Below, piece after piece: positions 26,637 through 36,155 of a DNA stretch of 62,237 nt. The stretch is from the NCBI GenBank assembly GCA_910584115.1, contig CAJTYN010000002.1, positions 1 to 62,237 of the forward strand, given 5' to 3'. Made by a program: the position numbers and the translations under genes. The DNA is from an uncultured Lachnospiraceae bacterium (lineage in GTDB: Bacteria > Bacillota > Clostridia > Lachnospirales > Lachnospiraceae). The notes under the pieces are model-generated. The model was not told the origin of the DNA. It did no database searches and worked only from the letters and a program-made list of their open reading frames with translations. Every line of letters starts with the position of its first letter. Within the stretch, counting starts at the first letter, position 1.

Positions 26637-27947
26637 ATGATCTGGGCACCAGAAGAGACTTATTCCCGAGAGGAGATACAGGCGATCCAGCTGCGCAAGC
26701 TGAGACAGACTGTGGCATATATCTATGAGAAAGTACCGGCTTATCAGAAAAAGATGGACGAGGCCGGCGTAAGGCCCGGGGATATCCAGACGCTCAAGGA
26801 TCTGGAGAGATTGCCGTTTACCAACAAATCTGATTTTCGGGACAATTATCCCATGGGGCTGTTTGCGCGGCCGCGAAAAGAACTGGTCCGCGTACATGCC
26901 AGTTCCGGGACCACCGGCAAACCGACGATCGTAGGGTATACGAGGAACGATATGGCTGTCTGGACGAACAATGTATCCAGGATCGCCTGTATGGGCGGGG
27001 CAACGCCTGATGACATTGCGCAGATCGCGTTTGGCTATGGGATGTTCACCGGCGCACTGGGACTCCATGCGGGCCTGGAGAACATCGGCGCCTCGGTCAT
27101 GCCCATGTCTTCCGGGAATACGAAGAAGCAGATCATGTTCATGCAGGACATGGGGACGACCCTTCTGGTGGCAACGCCCTCCTATGCTCTGTTTCTGGGC
27201 GAGTCGGCCCGGGCCATGGGGATCGATCCGGAGGAGGACCTGCATGTACATATCGGCCTGTTCGGCGGAGAGGGGATGACGGAACCCATGCGGGATGAGA
27301 TGCACCGGATCTGGGGAAAGAGTTTCCTGTGTACCCAGAATTACGGCATGAGCGAGCTGTGCGGCCCGGGCGTTTCCGGGGAGTGTGAGTATCTCCAGGG
27401 TATGCATGTCAACGAGGACTGGTTCATACCGGAGATCATCGATCCAAAGACCGGGGAAGTGCTCCCGCCTGGTGAAAAAGGAGAACTGGTGGTCACCTGC
27501 CTGGGCAAGGAGGCCCTGCCGCTGGTCCGCTACCGCACCAAAGATATCTCCAGGCTGATGTACGAGCCCTGTCCCTGCGGCAGGACGACTGTCCGTATGG
27601 AAAACCTCTCCGGCCGCTCCGACGATATGCTGGTCATCCGCGGCGTGAACGTATTCCCCACGCAGATTGAGGAAGTGCTCCTCCAGATCGGAGAGATCGG
27701 CCCCCATTATGAGATCAAGGTGGAGCGGAAGAACCGTCTGGATGTGATGACGATCACAGTGGAGCTGATCGACGACCGCCTCCTGGACTCTTATAAGAAA
27801 CTGGAAGAACTGAACGCGAGGATCAGGAAAGATCTAAAAGCGATCTTAGGGTTGGACGCGGTGATCCAGATCGTGGCGCCGCAGAGCCTGCAGCGTTTTG
27901 AGGGCAAGGCAAAACGTGTGACGGATCTGCGCGGTGAGGGATTATAA
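26637..27947 (+). CDS. paaK: Phenylacetate-CoA ligase family protein
   Basis: HASSGTTGKP, FGYGMFTG, YGMSE, RYRTKD, GRSDDMLVIRGVNVFP and GKAKRV motifs. Confidence 0.92.
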   Translation: MIWAPEETYSREEIQAIQLRKLRQTVAYIYEKVPAYQKKMDEAGVRPGDIQTLKDLERLPFTNKSDFRDNYPMGLFARPRKELVRVHASSGTTGKPTIVGYTRNDMAVWTNNVSRIACMGGATPDDIAQIAFGYGMFTGALGLHAGLENIGASVMPMSSGNTKKQIMFMQDMGTTLLVATPSYALFLGESARAMGIDPEEDLHVHIGLFGGEGMTEPMRDEMHRIWGKSFLCTQNYGMSELCGPGVSGECEYLQGMHVNEDWFIPEIIDPKTGEVLPPGEKGELVVTCLGKEALPLVRYRTKDISRLMYEPCPCGRTTVRMENLSGRSDDMLVIRGVNVFPTQIEEVLLQIGEIGPHYEIKVERKNRLDVMTITVELIDDRLLDSYKKLEELNARIRKDLKAILGLDAVIQIVAPQSLQRFEGKAKRVTDLRGEGL

Positions 27948-27968
27948 ATATCATCTATTAAGAAAGGC

Positions 27969-28403
27969 ATGGTGCAGCAAATGTTAAAACAGTTGGCAGT
28001 ATTTGTAGAAAATCGATCGGGCAGCCTGCAGAAAGTGACCATGGCACTCCATGAAAAGCATATCAATATCTACGCGTTCGCGTCTTTTGATACGCCGGAA
28101 TTTGGGATTTTGCGCATGCTGGTGGACCGGGCGGAGGAGGCCAAGGAGGCTCTCACCAGCCAGGGGTTTGTGACCAAGGTCTGTGATGTGATCGCGGTGG
28201 AGCTCCCGGACGAGCAAGGGGGACTCGACTCCCTTCTGGCGGCGCTCTATGAGAGCAATATCAGCATCAATTACACATATTCATCCTTTGGCCGGATGAG
28301 CAGGATCCCCGCGGTGGTCATCCACACAGATGAAGTCTACGAAACAGAAAATGTGTTAAAGAGCAAAGGATTTACCTGTATGGAAAGTTTAGGAGGAGAA
28401 TAA
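27969..28403 (+). CDS. ACT domain protein (paaK-associated)
   Basis: QLAVFVENRSGSL, EFGILRMLV and ISINYTY; exact start uncertain (27969/27981). Confidence 0.88.
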   Translation: MVQQMLKQLAVFVENRSGSLQKVTMALHEKHINIYAFASFDTPEFGILRMLVDRAEEAKEALTSQGFVTKVCDVIAVELPDEQGGLDSLLAALYESNISINYTYSSFGRMSRIPAVVIHTDEVYETENVLKSKGFTCMESLGGE

Positions 28404-28450
28404 AAAATAAGAAAGACGATCATGATATGATGGAGAGGAGGGGCAGGACG

Positions 28451-29911
28451 ATGTTAGAAAAGATCGATCTGACAAAAAAGATGTCAAAAGAAGATCACCG
28501 TGCCAAGATGGACGGACTGGAGAGAGAACTCGGGGCGCTGCAGCGCAGATGCAAGGAGCTGGGCATCCCTGTGATGATCGCGTTTGAGGGTTATCCGGCT
28601 GCCGGGAAAGGCGTGCAGATAGGGGCGCTGATCCACGCCCTGGATCCCCGGGGCTTCGAGGTCCATGCAGTGAAAAAAGAGACGGAAGAAGAGAAGATGC
28701 ATCCGTTCCTGTGGCGTTTCTGGACAAAGATGCCGGCAAAGGGCAGGATCGCGCTCTACGACACCAGCTGGTATCGGAAAGTGCTGGCGGAGAAGGCCGA
28801 CAAAAGGGCCTTTGACTCCATCCTGTCTTTTGAGCGGCAGATCACGGACGGCGGCGTGATCCTGGTCAAATTGTTCCTGGCCATCGACCAGAAAGAACAG
28901 AAGAAACGCTTCGAGCAGCTGGAGAAGAAAAAAGGGACTGCCTGGCGGGTGACGGATGCGGACCGGCGGCACAACAAACATTTTGAGGAGTATGAGAAGA
29001 TCTACGAAGAGATGCTCCGGAAGACGGACACGGACTATGCACCTTGGCACATCATCGAGTCCACGGACAAACGGTTTGCCACGGTGAAGATCTACACCAT
29101 CGTGATCAATGCCCTGGCGGAGGGGATCGAGCGGGCGTCGGCGCCCCAGGCTGCCAGGAAGGAGCATAAAGTCTATATCGATGACAGGGACCTTCGAGAG
29201 TCCATCTTGAGCAGAGTGGACTTAAACCTGACTTATACAAAAAAAGAATACAAAGAGAAGCTGGATAAACTCCAGTCCAAGATCCAGCTCCTCCACGGGG
29301 AGCTGTACCGGAAGCGGATCCCTGTGGTCTTAGGCTTCGAGGGATGGGACGCCGGGGGAAAAGGCGGGGCGATCAAGAGGCTCACCGAGAAGATGGATCC
29401 CCGGGGCTATACGGTGATCCCCACAGCATCCCCCAACGACCTGGAGAGGGCCTACCATTACCTGTGGCGTTTCTGGCGGGCGATGCCAAAGGCCGGGCAT
29501 TTCTCCATCTTTGACCGGACCTGGTACGGGCGTGTGATGGTAGAGCGGATCGAGGGATTCTGTACGACGGAAGAATGGCAGCGCGCGTATAAGGAGATCA
29601 ACGACATGGAGCGGGATCTGTACGACGCGGGCGCTGTCGTGCTGAAATTCTGGATGCAGATCGATAAAGACGAACAGGAACGGCGCTTTAAAGCCCGCCA
29701 GGAAAACCCTGAAAAACAGTGGAAGATCACCGATGAGGACTGGCGGAACCGGGAAAAATGGGATCAATATGAGGAGGCTGTCAACGAGATGCTCATACGG
29801 ACCTCGACACCCCATGCGCCCTGGATCGTGGTAGAGGGCAACAGCAAATATTACGCACGTATCAAAGTCCTGAAGACCGTGGTAAAGGCGCTTGAGGAGA
29901 GGCTGGGATAA
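28451..29911 (+). CDS. Polyphosphate:AMP phosphotransferase (two-domain PPK2)
   Basis: Two PPK2 domains: FEGYPAAGKG and FEGWDAGGKGG, DRTWYGRV, WKITDEDW, PWIVVE. Confidence 0.93.
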   Translation: MLEKIDLTKKMSKEDHRAKMDGLERELGALQRRCKELGIPVMIAFEGYPAAGKGVQIGALIHALDPRGFEVHAVKKETEEEKMHPFLWRFWTKMPAKGRIALYDTSWYRKVLAEKADKRAFDSILSFERQITDGGVILVKLFLAIDQKEQKKRFEQLEKKKGTAWRVTDADRRHNKHFEEYEKIYEEMLRKTDTDYAPWHIIESTDKRFATVKIYTIVINALAEGIERASAPQAARKEHKVYIDDRDLRESILSRVDLNLTYTKKEYKEKLDKLQSKIQLLHGELYRKRIPVVLGFEGWDAGGKGGAIKRLTEKMDPRGYTVIPTASPNDLERAYHYLWRFWRAMPKAGHFSIFDRTWYGRVMVERIEGFCTTEEWQRAYKEINDMERDLYDAGAVVLKFWMQIDKDEQERRFKARQENPEKQWKITDEDWRNREKWDQYEEAVNEMLIRTSTPHAPWIVVEGNSKYYARIKVLKTVVKALEERLG

Positions 29912-29921
29912 AGAGTTCGGC

Positions 29922-29958
29922 CGATCAAAAGGGTGTAAGATCCGCACCCTTTTGATCG
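29922..29958. terminator. Bidirectional terminator between ppk2 and the AraC gene
   Basis: Perfect 14-bp inverted repeat CGATCAAAAGGGTG/CACCCTTTTGATCG, overlapping the AraC 3' end. Confidence 0.75.
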
Positions 29959-30833
29959 TATTCCAAAGCCCTTTTACGGTATTGCATGGGACTGCACCCA
30001 AAATGCCTGCGGAAAGTCTCAGAAAAATAACTCGTTCCGGAAAAACCCACCTCATAACTGATCTGGGTGATGTTCATATCCGTAGATGTCATCAGGCCGA
30101 TGCTCTGATCTAACCGGTATCGGATCAGATAGTTGACCGGAGTCTGGTTCAGGTAGCGGTGGAAAAGGGAGCAGCATCTGCTCTTGCACACATTTCCCGC
30201 AGCGGCGATGTCGTCCAGGGAGATCTTTTTGGCGTGGTTTTTTTGGATATAATGCACCATCTCCCGTATGGTGGACAACTGACCGGAGGAATCGGCGGTC
30301 TGCGGTCCATCCTGGGGCGCGTGGATATGCAGCTCCCGCCATATCTGGCAGAACAGGCTTAAGATCAGCAGCGGAAAAGCCGGCTGGCCCAGAGCGTCAT
30401 ACATCTGCCGCAATGCCTGAAGGATCTTCTTTTCCCAGGGGATGTCCTCATGCAGCAGTTGATAGGGAAGAGCGGTGTTGGACAGAACGGGAGTGATGTA
30501 GTCCTGCTCCATGGATGGAGTGGAGCACAAGAGCATGGGGTGGAGCAGGATACAGAGGAACACACATTCTCTGCGGCCTTTGGAGAAACCATAGTGGAAC
30601 TGGCGGGAATTTACGAACAGGCCCTCTCCCTCGCTCATGTGTACGATCCTGCCGTTGATGTTGTAGTCCATCTCCCCGGAAAGGACGGCGATGAATTCCG
30701 TATCATCGTGCCAGTGGCTCAGCCCAGTGTACTGGGGGTAATGGGACAGGCGGTCTTTATCGATGAAGAGAAAGTGTCCGGGATAGCTGTAGGTGATGTT
30801 TTCGGAATGGTCTCTGTTCAGGTCAAGGATCAT
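29925..30833 (-). CDS. AraC family transcriptional regulator
   Basis: Cupin motif HWHDDTEF; C-terminal HTH ISLDDIA, TPVNYL and VGFSGTSYFSETFRRHFGCSP. Confidence 0.93.
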   Translation of the reverse strand: MILDLNRDHSENITYSYPGHFLFIDKDRLSHYPQYTGLSHWHDDTEFIAVLSGEMDYNINGRIVHMSEGEGLFVNSRQFHYGFSKGRRECVFLCILLHPMLLCSTPSMEQDYITPVLSNTALPYQLLHEDIPWEKKILQALRQMYDALGQPAFPLLILSLFCQIWRELHIHAPQDGPQTADSSGQLSTIREMVHYIQKNHAKKISLDDIAAAGNVCKSRCCSLFHRYLNQTPVNYLIRYRLDQSIGLMTSTDMNITQISYEVGFSGTSYFSETFRRHFGCSPMQYRKRALEYDQKGADLTPF

Positions 30834-31039
30834 CGTTCGTCCTCCTGTATCTTGAAGATAGGATATTGTTATATAAATATACGATATATTGAAAGAAAAT
30901 GCAAATCTTTTACGATATGATCATAGTCAAGGATGTGCGGGCAGAGCTTCGATAGGCTACATGTTCTCCCTTTTGATGCCGGTCCTGCCGTACATCCTTT
31001 TTTCAATGAACGAGTATAAAGATCACAGGAGGGATAGAT

Positions 31040-31642
31040 ATGGAAAACAGATATGGACAGATGCATAGCGGAGAACTGTATTATCCGATGCAGGAGGAAC
31101 TGGTGGATTTACAGGCCCGTTGTCTGGAAAGACTCTATGATTACAACATGACCCGTCCGTCAGAAAAAGAGGAGCGGAAACGGCTGCTCCAAGAGATGTT
31201 CGCCCAGATCGGAGAGGCATGTTATATAGAGCCGCCTTTTCATGCCAGTTTTGCGGGGCGCCACGTGTATTTCGGGGATCATATCTACGCGAATTTCAAT
31301 CTGACGTTGATCGATGATACGTATATCTATGTGGGAGACTACACGATGTTCGGGCCAAATGTCACCGTCGCCACGGCGGGACATCCGATCCTGCCCGCGC
31401 TGCGTGAAAAAGAGCTTCAGTACAACGCACCTGTCCGTATAGGCCGAAACTGTTGGATCGGGGCCGGGGCGGTGATCGTGCCGGGGGTCACGGTGGGGGA
31501 TGATGTGGTCATAGGCGCGGGGAGCATCGTGACCAGGGACATCCCGGATCGTGTGGTCGCAGTGGGGAACCCCTGCAGAGTGCTCCGGGAAGTCAATGAA
31601 CATGATGAAAGATATTATTTTAAAGACAGGAGGATCCCGTGA
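31040..31642 (+). CDS. Sugar O-acetyltransferase (maltose/galactoside, LacA/Maa family)
   Basis: IEPPF, ANFNLT, GPNVTVATAGHP, hexapeptide repeats and AVGNPCRV. Confidence 0.93.
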   Translation: MENRYGQMHSGELYYPMQEELVDLQARCLERLYDYNMTRPSEKEERKRLLQEMFAQIGEACYIEPPFHASFAGRHVYFGDHIYANFNLTLIDDTYIYVGDYTMFGPNVTVATAGHPILPALREKELQYNAPVRIGRNCWIGAGAVIVPGVTVGDDVVIGAGSIVTRDIPDRVVAVGNPCRVLREVNEHDERYYFKDRRIP

Positions 31643-31685
31643 CCCTGCGGGCGGCAAAAAATGCTGGGGAAAAAAGGAGTAGATA

Positions 31686-31745
31686 TTGACTTTCAGAGTG
31701 TTTCAGGCGATAATAAGAGTACTTAGGTAAACTACTTAAATAAAT
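31686..31745 (+). promoter_or_regulatory. Promoter plus putative ROK/XylR-type 25-bp operator
   Basis: TTGACT (31686), 17 bp, GATAAT (31709), then the imperfect palindrome ACTTAGGTAA-N5-TTAAATAAAT (31721-31745). Confidence 0.55.
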
Positions 31746-31786
31746 CATCAAAAAAAGTCTTTGGTTCTATGAAGGAGGATCTGTTG

Positions 31787-32848
31787 ATGGAAGGTAAGAT
31801 GAAAGTCGCGGTCATGCTCGGCGTAGGTAAGATGGGCTTCGAAGAGAGGGATATCCCCATGCCTGCGGACAACGAAGTGTTGGTGAAACTGGAATATGTA
31901 GGGATCTGTGGTTCCGACCTGCATTATTACGAATCAGGTGCGATCGGTGCCAACGTGGTGGAGCCGCCCTTTGTCCTGGGCCATGAGCCGGGCGGTGTCG
32001 TAGTGGAAGTCGGAAAAGACGTAAAACATCTGAAAGTAGGCGACCGGGTGGCGCTGGAGCCTGGAAAGACCTGCGGACACTGTGAATTCTGCAGGACAGG
32101 CAGATACAATCTCTGCCCGGATGTGATCTTTTTTGCCACACCTCCGGTAGACGGGGTGTTCCAGGAATATGTTGCCCATGAAGCCGATCTGTGCTTCAAG
32201 CTCCCTGACAATGTGAGCACGCTGGAGGGCGCCCTGATCGAACCTCTGGCCGTAGGTTTCCATGCAGCCATGCAGGGCGGCGCGCAGGCAGGTCAGACGG
32301 CAGTCGTCATGGGGGCCGGGTGCATCGGGCTGGTGAGCATGATGGCGTTAAAAGCGATGGGCGTCTCAAAAGTCTATGTGGCCGACATCATGGATAAGCG
32401 TTTGGAAAAGGCCCTGGAATTGGGCGCGGACGGTGTGATCAACGGCAAAGATAAAGATACTGTGGAAGAAGTCTTGAGACTCACGGACGGAAAAGGCTGC
32501 GACCTGGCCATCGAGACAGCAGGTTCCCAGGTGACGGCAGCGCAGACCATCCACATGACTAAAAAGGGTGCGACGATCGTCCTGGTAGGCTACAGTGCCA
32601 GCGGAGAGATGACTCTGCCCATGAGTCTGGCTCTTGACAAGGAACTGACCTTCAAGACCGTATTCCGTTATCGCCATATCTATCCCATGGCCATCGAGGC
32701 AGTGGCTGCGGGCAAAGTCAACCTGAAAGGGATCGTCACAGACATCTTTGATCTGGATGATGTACAGAAAGGGATGGACCACAGTATCCATAACAAAGCG
32801 GACATCGTAAAAGGTGTGATACGGATCTCCAAAGACGCAGAGCAGTAA
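31787..32848 (+). CDS. Zn-dependent polyol (sorbitol/xylitol) dehydrogenase family
   Basis: GICGSDLHYY, LGHE, CGHCEFC..GRYNLC, FFATPPVDG, GAGCIG and FRYR motifs. Confidence 0.9.
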   Translation: MEGKMKVAVMLGVGKMGFEERDIPMPADNEVLVKLEYVGICGSDLHYYESGAIGANVVEPPFVLGHEPGGVVVEVGKDVKHLKVGDRVALEPGKTCGHCEFCRTGRYNLCPDVIFFATPPVDGVFQEYVAHEADLCFKLPDNVSTLEGALIEPLAVGFHAAMQGGAQAGQTAVVMGAGCIGLVSMMALKAMGVSKVYVADIMDKRLEKALELGADGVINGKDKDTVEEVLRLTDGKGCDLAIETAGSQVTAAQTIHMTKKGATIVLVGYSASGEMTLPMSLALDKELTFKTVFRYRHIYPMAIEAVAAGKVNLKGIVTDIFDLDDVQKGMDHSIHNKADIVKGVIRISKDAEQ

Positions 32849-32867
32849 ATATATCAATAGATCCCAG

Positions 32868-32910
32868 GCTATCGGAAAGCAGAGATGATGACCGCTTTCC
32901 GATAGCTTTT
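32868..32910. terminator. Terminator between the dehydrogenase and MATE genes
   Basis: GCTATCGGAAAGC...GCTTTCCGATAGC 13-bp stem followed by TTTTT. Confidence 0.8.
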
Positions 32911-32919
32911 TAACATGTT

Positions 32920-34269
32920 TTAGGATCTATCTTTCCCAAAACCCCGCATCCGGCAGGCATAATAGATGATGAAAGCGACGCTGCTGAGCATCCAGGTGAC
33001 TGGATAGCCCACCATGATGGTCGAGAGTCCATGCCGGATCGGCAAGGCGATCACGACCCATGCGATACGCAGGAGGCACACTCCGCATATGGTGATGATG
33101 GTCGGGATCATCACATTTCCGATCCCCCGCAGGGCGCCGGAGAAGATCTCCGTCGGGGTGAAGATGACGTAAAAAGGTGCGAGGATCATGACCATCATGG
33201 ATCCGATCTTCAGCACATGCGTGTCTGTGGTGAAGATGCCCAGGAGCGGCCGGCAAAAGACGATCATGATCGCGGACACGAAGATCGCGGTGGCGGTCTG
33301 CATACCGGCGCAGACCCAGACGCTCTTTTTGACCCGCTGGTATTTCAGGGCGCCGTAGTTCTGTCCAACGAACGTGGTGATCGCGATCCCGAAGGCGCTG
33401 CTGATCATCCAGAAGATGGCGTCCAGCTTCCAGAAAGCGGCCCACGCGGCCATGGCATCCGTCCCAAACCGATTGATAGCGGCCTGGATGATGATGTTGG
33501 AGATGCTGTACATGGTACTCTGCAGCCCTGTGGGGATGCCTATGTAAAGCTGCGACTTTAAGATCCCTTTGGAAAAACCTATATTTCTAAGCTGCAGATG
33601 GAGCCCTCCGTCCGCATGCGTCAGCGCCCTCGTGACCAGGAACGCGCTGACGGCCTGCGACAGGACCGTGGCGATGGAGACTCCGGCAATGCCCAGCCCG
33701 CAGATCAATACGAAGAAGATATCCAATACGATGTTCAATACGCAGCAGACGATCAGATAATAGAGTGGTCGTCTGGGATCCCCGGCCGCGCGCAGGATGC
33801 TGGAGCCGGTATTGAAGATGAACACGAATAAGATCCCGCTGTAATATATGCGCAGGTAAACGAGAGAACCCCGCATCAACTCCCCGGGCGTATCCATCCA
33901 GCGCAAAAATACAGGGGCCAGGAGTATACCCAGTATCATGATCAAAAAGCTGGCGGCTATGGAAAAGGCATAGGCCGTATGGATGCCCGCTCTCACATTT
34001 TTCATATCCTTGGCGCCCCAGAATTGGGAGACGACCACAGCCGCGCCGGAAGTCAGCCCGGTAAAGAATCCCACCACCAGGTTCACCAGCTGTCCGGCGG
34101 ATCCGCCCACGCTCGCCAGAGCCTCTTTGCCCACAAAGCGCCCCACGATCACAGTGTCCACCGTATTATAGAGCTGCTGGAAAAAAGTCCCCAAGATGAT
34201 AGGAAAAAAGAAGATCAAAAGCTGTTTCCAGATGACACCCTCCGTGATCTGGTCCTGTCCTGGCTGCAT
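32920..34269 (-). CDS. MATE family efflux transporter
   Basis: ITEG, GTFFQQLYNTVD, RAAGDPRRP, NIVLDIFFV and GQNYGA motifs. Confidence 0.93.
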   Translation of the reverse strand: MQPGQDQITEGVIWKQLLIFFFPIILGTFFQQLYNTVDTVIVGRFVGKEALASVGGSAGQLVNLVVGFFTGLTSGAAVVVSQFWGAKDMKNVRAGIHTAYAFSIAASFLIMILGILLAPVFLRWMDTPGELMRGSLVYLRIYYSGILFVFIFNTGSSILRAAGDPRRPLYYLIVCCVLNIVLDIFFVLICGLGIAGVSIATVLSQAVSAFLVTRALTHADGGLHLQLRNIGFSKGILKSQLYIGIPTGLQSTMYSISNIIIQAAINRFGTDAMAAWAAFWKLDAIFWMISSAFGIAITTFVGQNYGALKYQRVKKSVWVCAGMQTATAIFVSAIMIVFCRPLLGIFTTDTHVLKIGSMMVMILAPFYVIFTPTEIFSGALRGIGNVMIPTIITICGVCLLRIAWVVIALPIRHGLSTIMVGYPVTWMLSSVAFIIYYACRMRGFGKDRS

Positions 34270-34433
34270 CGGCCCGCACCTCCTCTAAAGTAGTAATCCA
34301 TATATATCACAGACTCTGGAAAAAAACAAGTAAAAAGATCATCTCCATGGAACCGGGGGACTTTTCTTGCGGTGTCGGCCCGGCTATGCTATAATCTCCA
34401 GTAATGATATTTTCAGGAGAGGAGCAAAAGAGA

Positions 34434-35081
34434 ATGTACCGTGCTATTTTATTTGATCTGGATGGGACCCTGACGGCCTCGGCGGAGGGGATCACGAAAA
34501 GTGTCCGATATGCACTGCATAAACTCGGGATAGATGAACCGGATCTACATAAACTGGAGGCTTTTGTCGGCCCGCCCCTGTTGGATCAGTTTATGGAGGC
34601 ATACGGTTTGGATGAAGCGGCCGCATGGCAGGCGGTGGGGTATTACAGGGAGAGGTACGCTCAGCAGGGGATCTATGAGAACCAGCCTTACGAGGGGATA
34701 CGGGAACTCCTGCAGGGACTGAAGGCGCGGGGGTACATCCTGGGAGTGGCCTCATCCAAACCGATCGTATACGTCAGACAGATACTGGAACATTTTAAGC
34801 TCGCATCTTTTTTCACAGTGATCGAGGGCAGTCAGATGGACGGCTCCCGGACGACGAAAGGTGAGGTGATCCAGGAGGCATTGCGGGGGCTTAAGATGGA
34901 AGGGCAGCGGGAGCAGGTGGTGATGGTCGGCGACCGCAAGCACGATATCCTGGGAGCCAGGGACGCGGGGATCGACTGTGTGGCCGTGGCTTATGGATAT
35001 GGGAGCACCCAGGAACTGGAGCAGGCGGGGCCGGTCATGATCGCGCCGACGATCGAAGGACTGCAGCGTTTTTTTCTGTAA
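34434..35081 (+). CDS. HAD-superfamily hydrolase (phosphoglycolate phosphatase/5'-nucleotidase-like)
   Basis: FDLDGTL, FVGPPL, VASSKP, MVGDRKHD and YGYG motifs; SD GAGGAG upstream of ATG 34434. Confidence 0.93.
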   Translation: MYRAILFDLDGTLTASAEGITKSVRYALHKLGIDEPDLHKLEAFVGPPLLDQFMEAYGLDEAAAWQAVGYYRERYAQQGIYENQPYEGIRELLQGLKARGYILGVASSKPIVYVRQILEHFKLASFFTVIEGSQMDGSRTTKGEVIQEALRGLKMEGQREQVVMVGDRKHDILGARDAGIDCVAVAYGYGSTQELEQAGPVMIAPTIEGLQRFFL

Positions 35082-35113
35082 ACCCTCTGCCCAGACGGAA
35101 CTGGTTCCATAAA

Positions 35114-35884
35114 GTGTGGAGGGTGCTCTATCCGGCGGGGATCCATTTTGTGGTCGGATATGTGGTGGGGCAGGCGCTGATCTTATTTCTGATGCTGACA
35201 GGCCGGGGCATGGATCAGCTGAGCAGCTACAGTCTGGCGGCGACAGGCGTCACGGGTCTTTTGACCGCGCCCATAGCTGTGTGGCTGATGCGGCGGGATG
35301 AGAGGCAGGGGGGATATTATCGGCGGGGCAGGTTCAAGAGGAGGCTGCGCCCCGGGGAAGTGGTGTGGATGCTGCTCTTAGGGGTGTCCGTCTGCCATCT
35401 GGCGAATATGCTCCTGTCCATCCTGCAGATCGCCCGTCTGTTTCCCGGGTACGGGGAACTGTCCGAGCGGGTCTTTTCAGATCAGGATCTCTTGTCCATG
35501 GTCTTTTGGGTGGGGATCGTGGCGCCCATAGCGGAAGAACTGATCTTCCGAGGGCTCATCTTCCGCCGTCTCCTGGATGATATGCGTGTGGGCTGGGCCA
35601 TCGGGATCTCTGCTTTTTTCTTCGGGATCTACCATGGAAATGTGCTGCAGTTTCTGTACGCCGGGATCCTGGGGGCGTGTTTTGCCTATTGTTATTACCG
35701 GCTGGGCAGCCTGTGGGCGCCGATCCTGCTCCATATGGGGGCGAACTGCTGGTCCGTGGCCCTGACCCAGCTGGCGGCCGGGGAGGCGACGCCGGAACTG
35801 GGGTATATCCTGCTGCTGCTCATGGGCGTGGAGGTGGTGATCCTGGTGTTTTCCATCGTTGCTTTCTGCAGAAGACCCCGATGA
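35114..35884 (+). CDS. CPBP/CAAX intramembrane metalloprotease (possibly translated as a frameshifted fusion with the HAD)
   Basis: APIAEELIFRG, FGIYHGN and ILLHMGAN motifs; no SD before GTG 35114, and the frame is open back through the HAD stop region. Confidence 0.88.
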   Translation: MWRVLYPAGIHFVVGYVVGQALILFLMLTGRGMDQLSSYSLAATGVTGLLTAPIAVWLMRRDERQGGYYRRGRFKRRLRPGEVVWMLLLGVSVCHLANMLLSILQIARLFPGYGELSERVFSDQDLLSMVFWVGIVAPIAEELIFRGLIFRRLLDDMRVGWAIGISAFFFGIYHGNVLQFLYAGILGACFAYCYYRLGSLWAPILLHMGANCWSVALTQLAAGEATPELGYILLLLMGVEVVILVFSIVAFCRRPR

Positions 35885-36155
35885 TCGATCTGTATATACG
35901 ATTAAGAAAATTCAGGGAGGAGGGATCTTTTGGGCCTACTCCCTTCGGATTTTTTTCGGGGATCCCGGTGGATATCCCGTTGATATACGTGTGAAAAAAG
36001 AGAATAAAGCGCGCGATATCAGATAGATATACATAAAAGAACGATATATTCAGTTTATCTGACAATACAGAGAAAAAATAAGGTTTACAAGAGGCGGAAA
36101 ATAGTTTATAGTATCTATAGTGTTTTGAGAGCAAGAGAGAAAGGATGGTCTTTGG

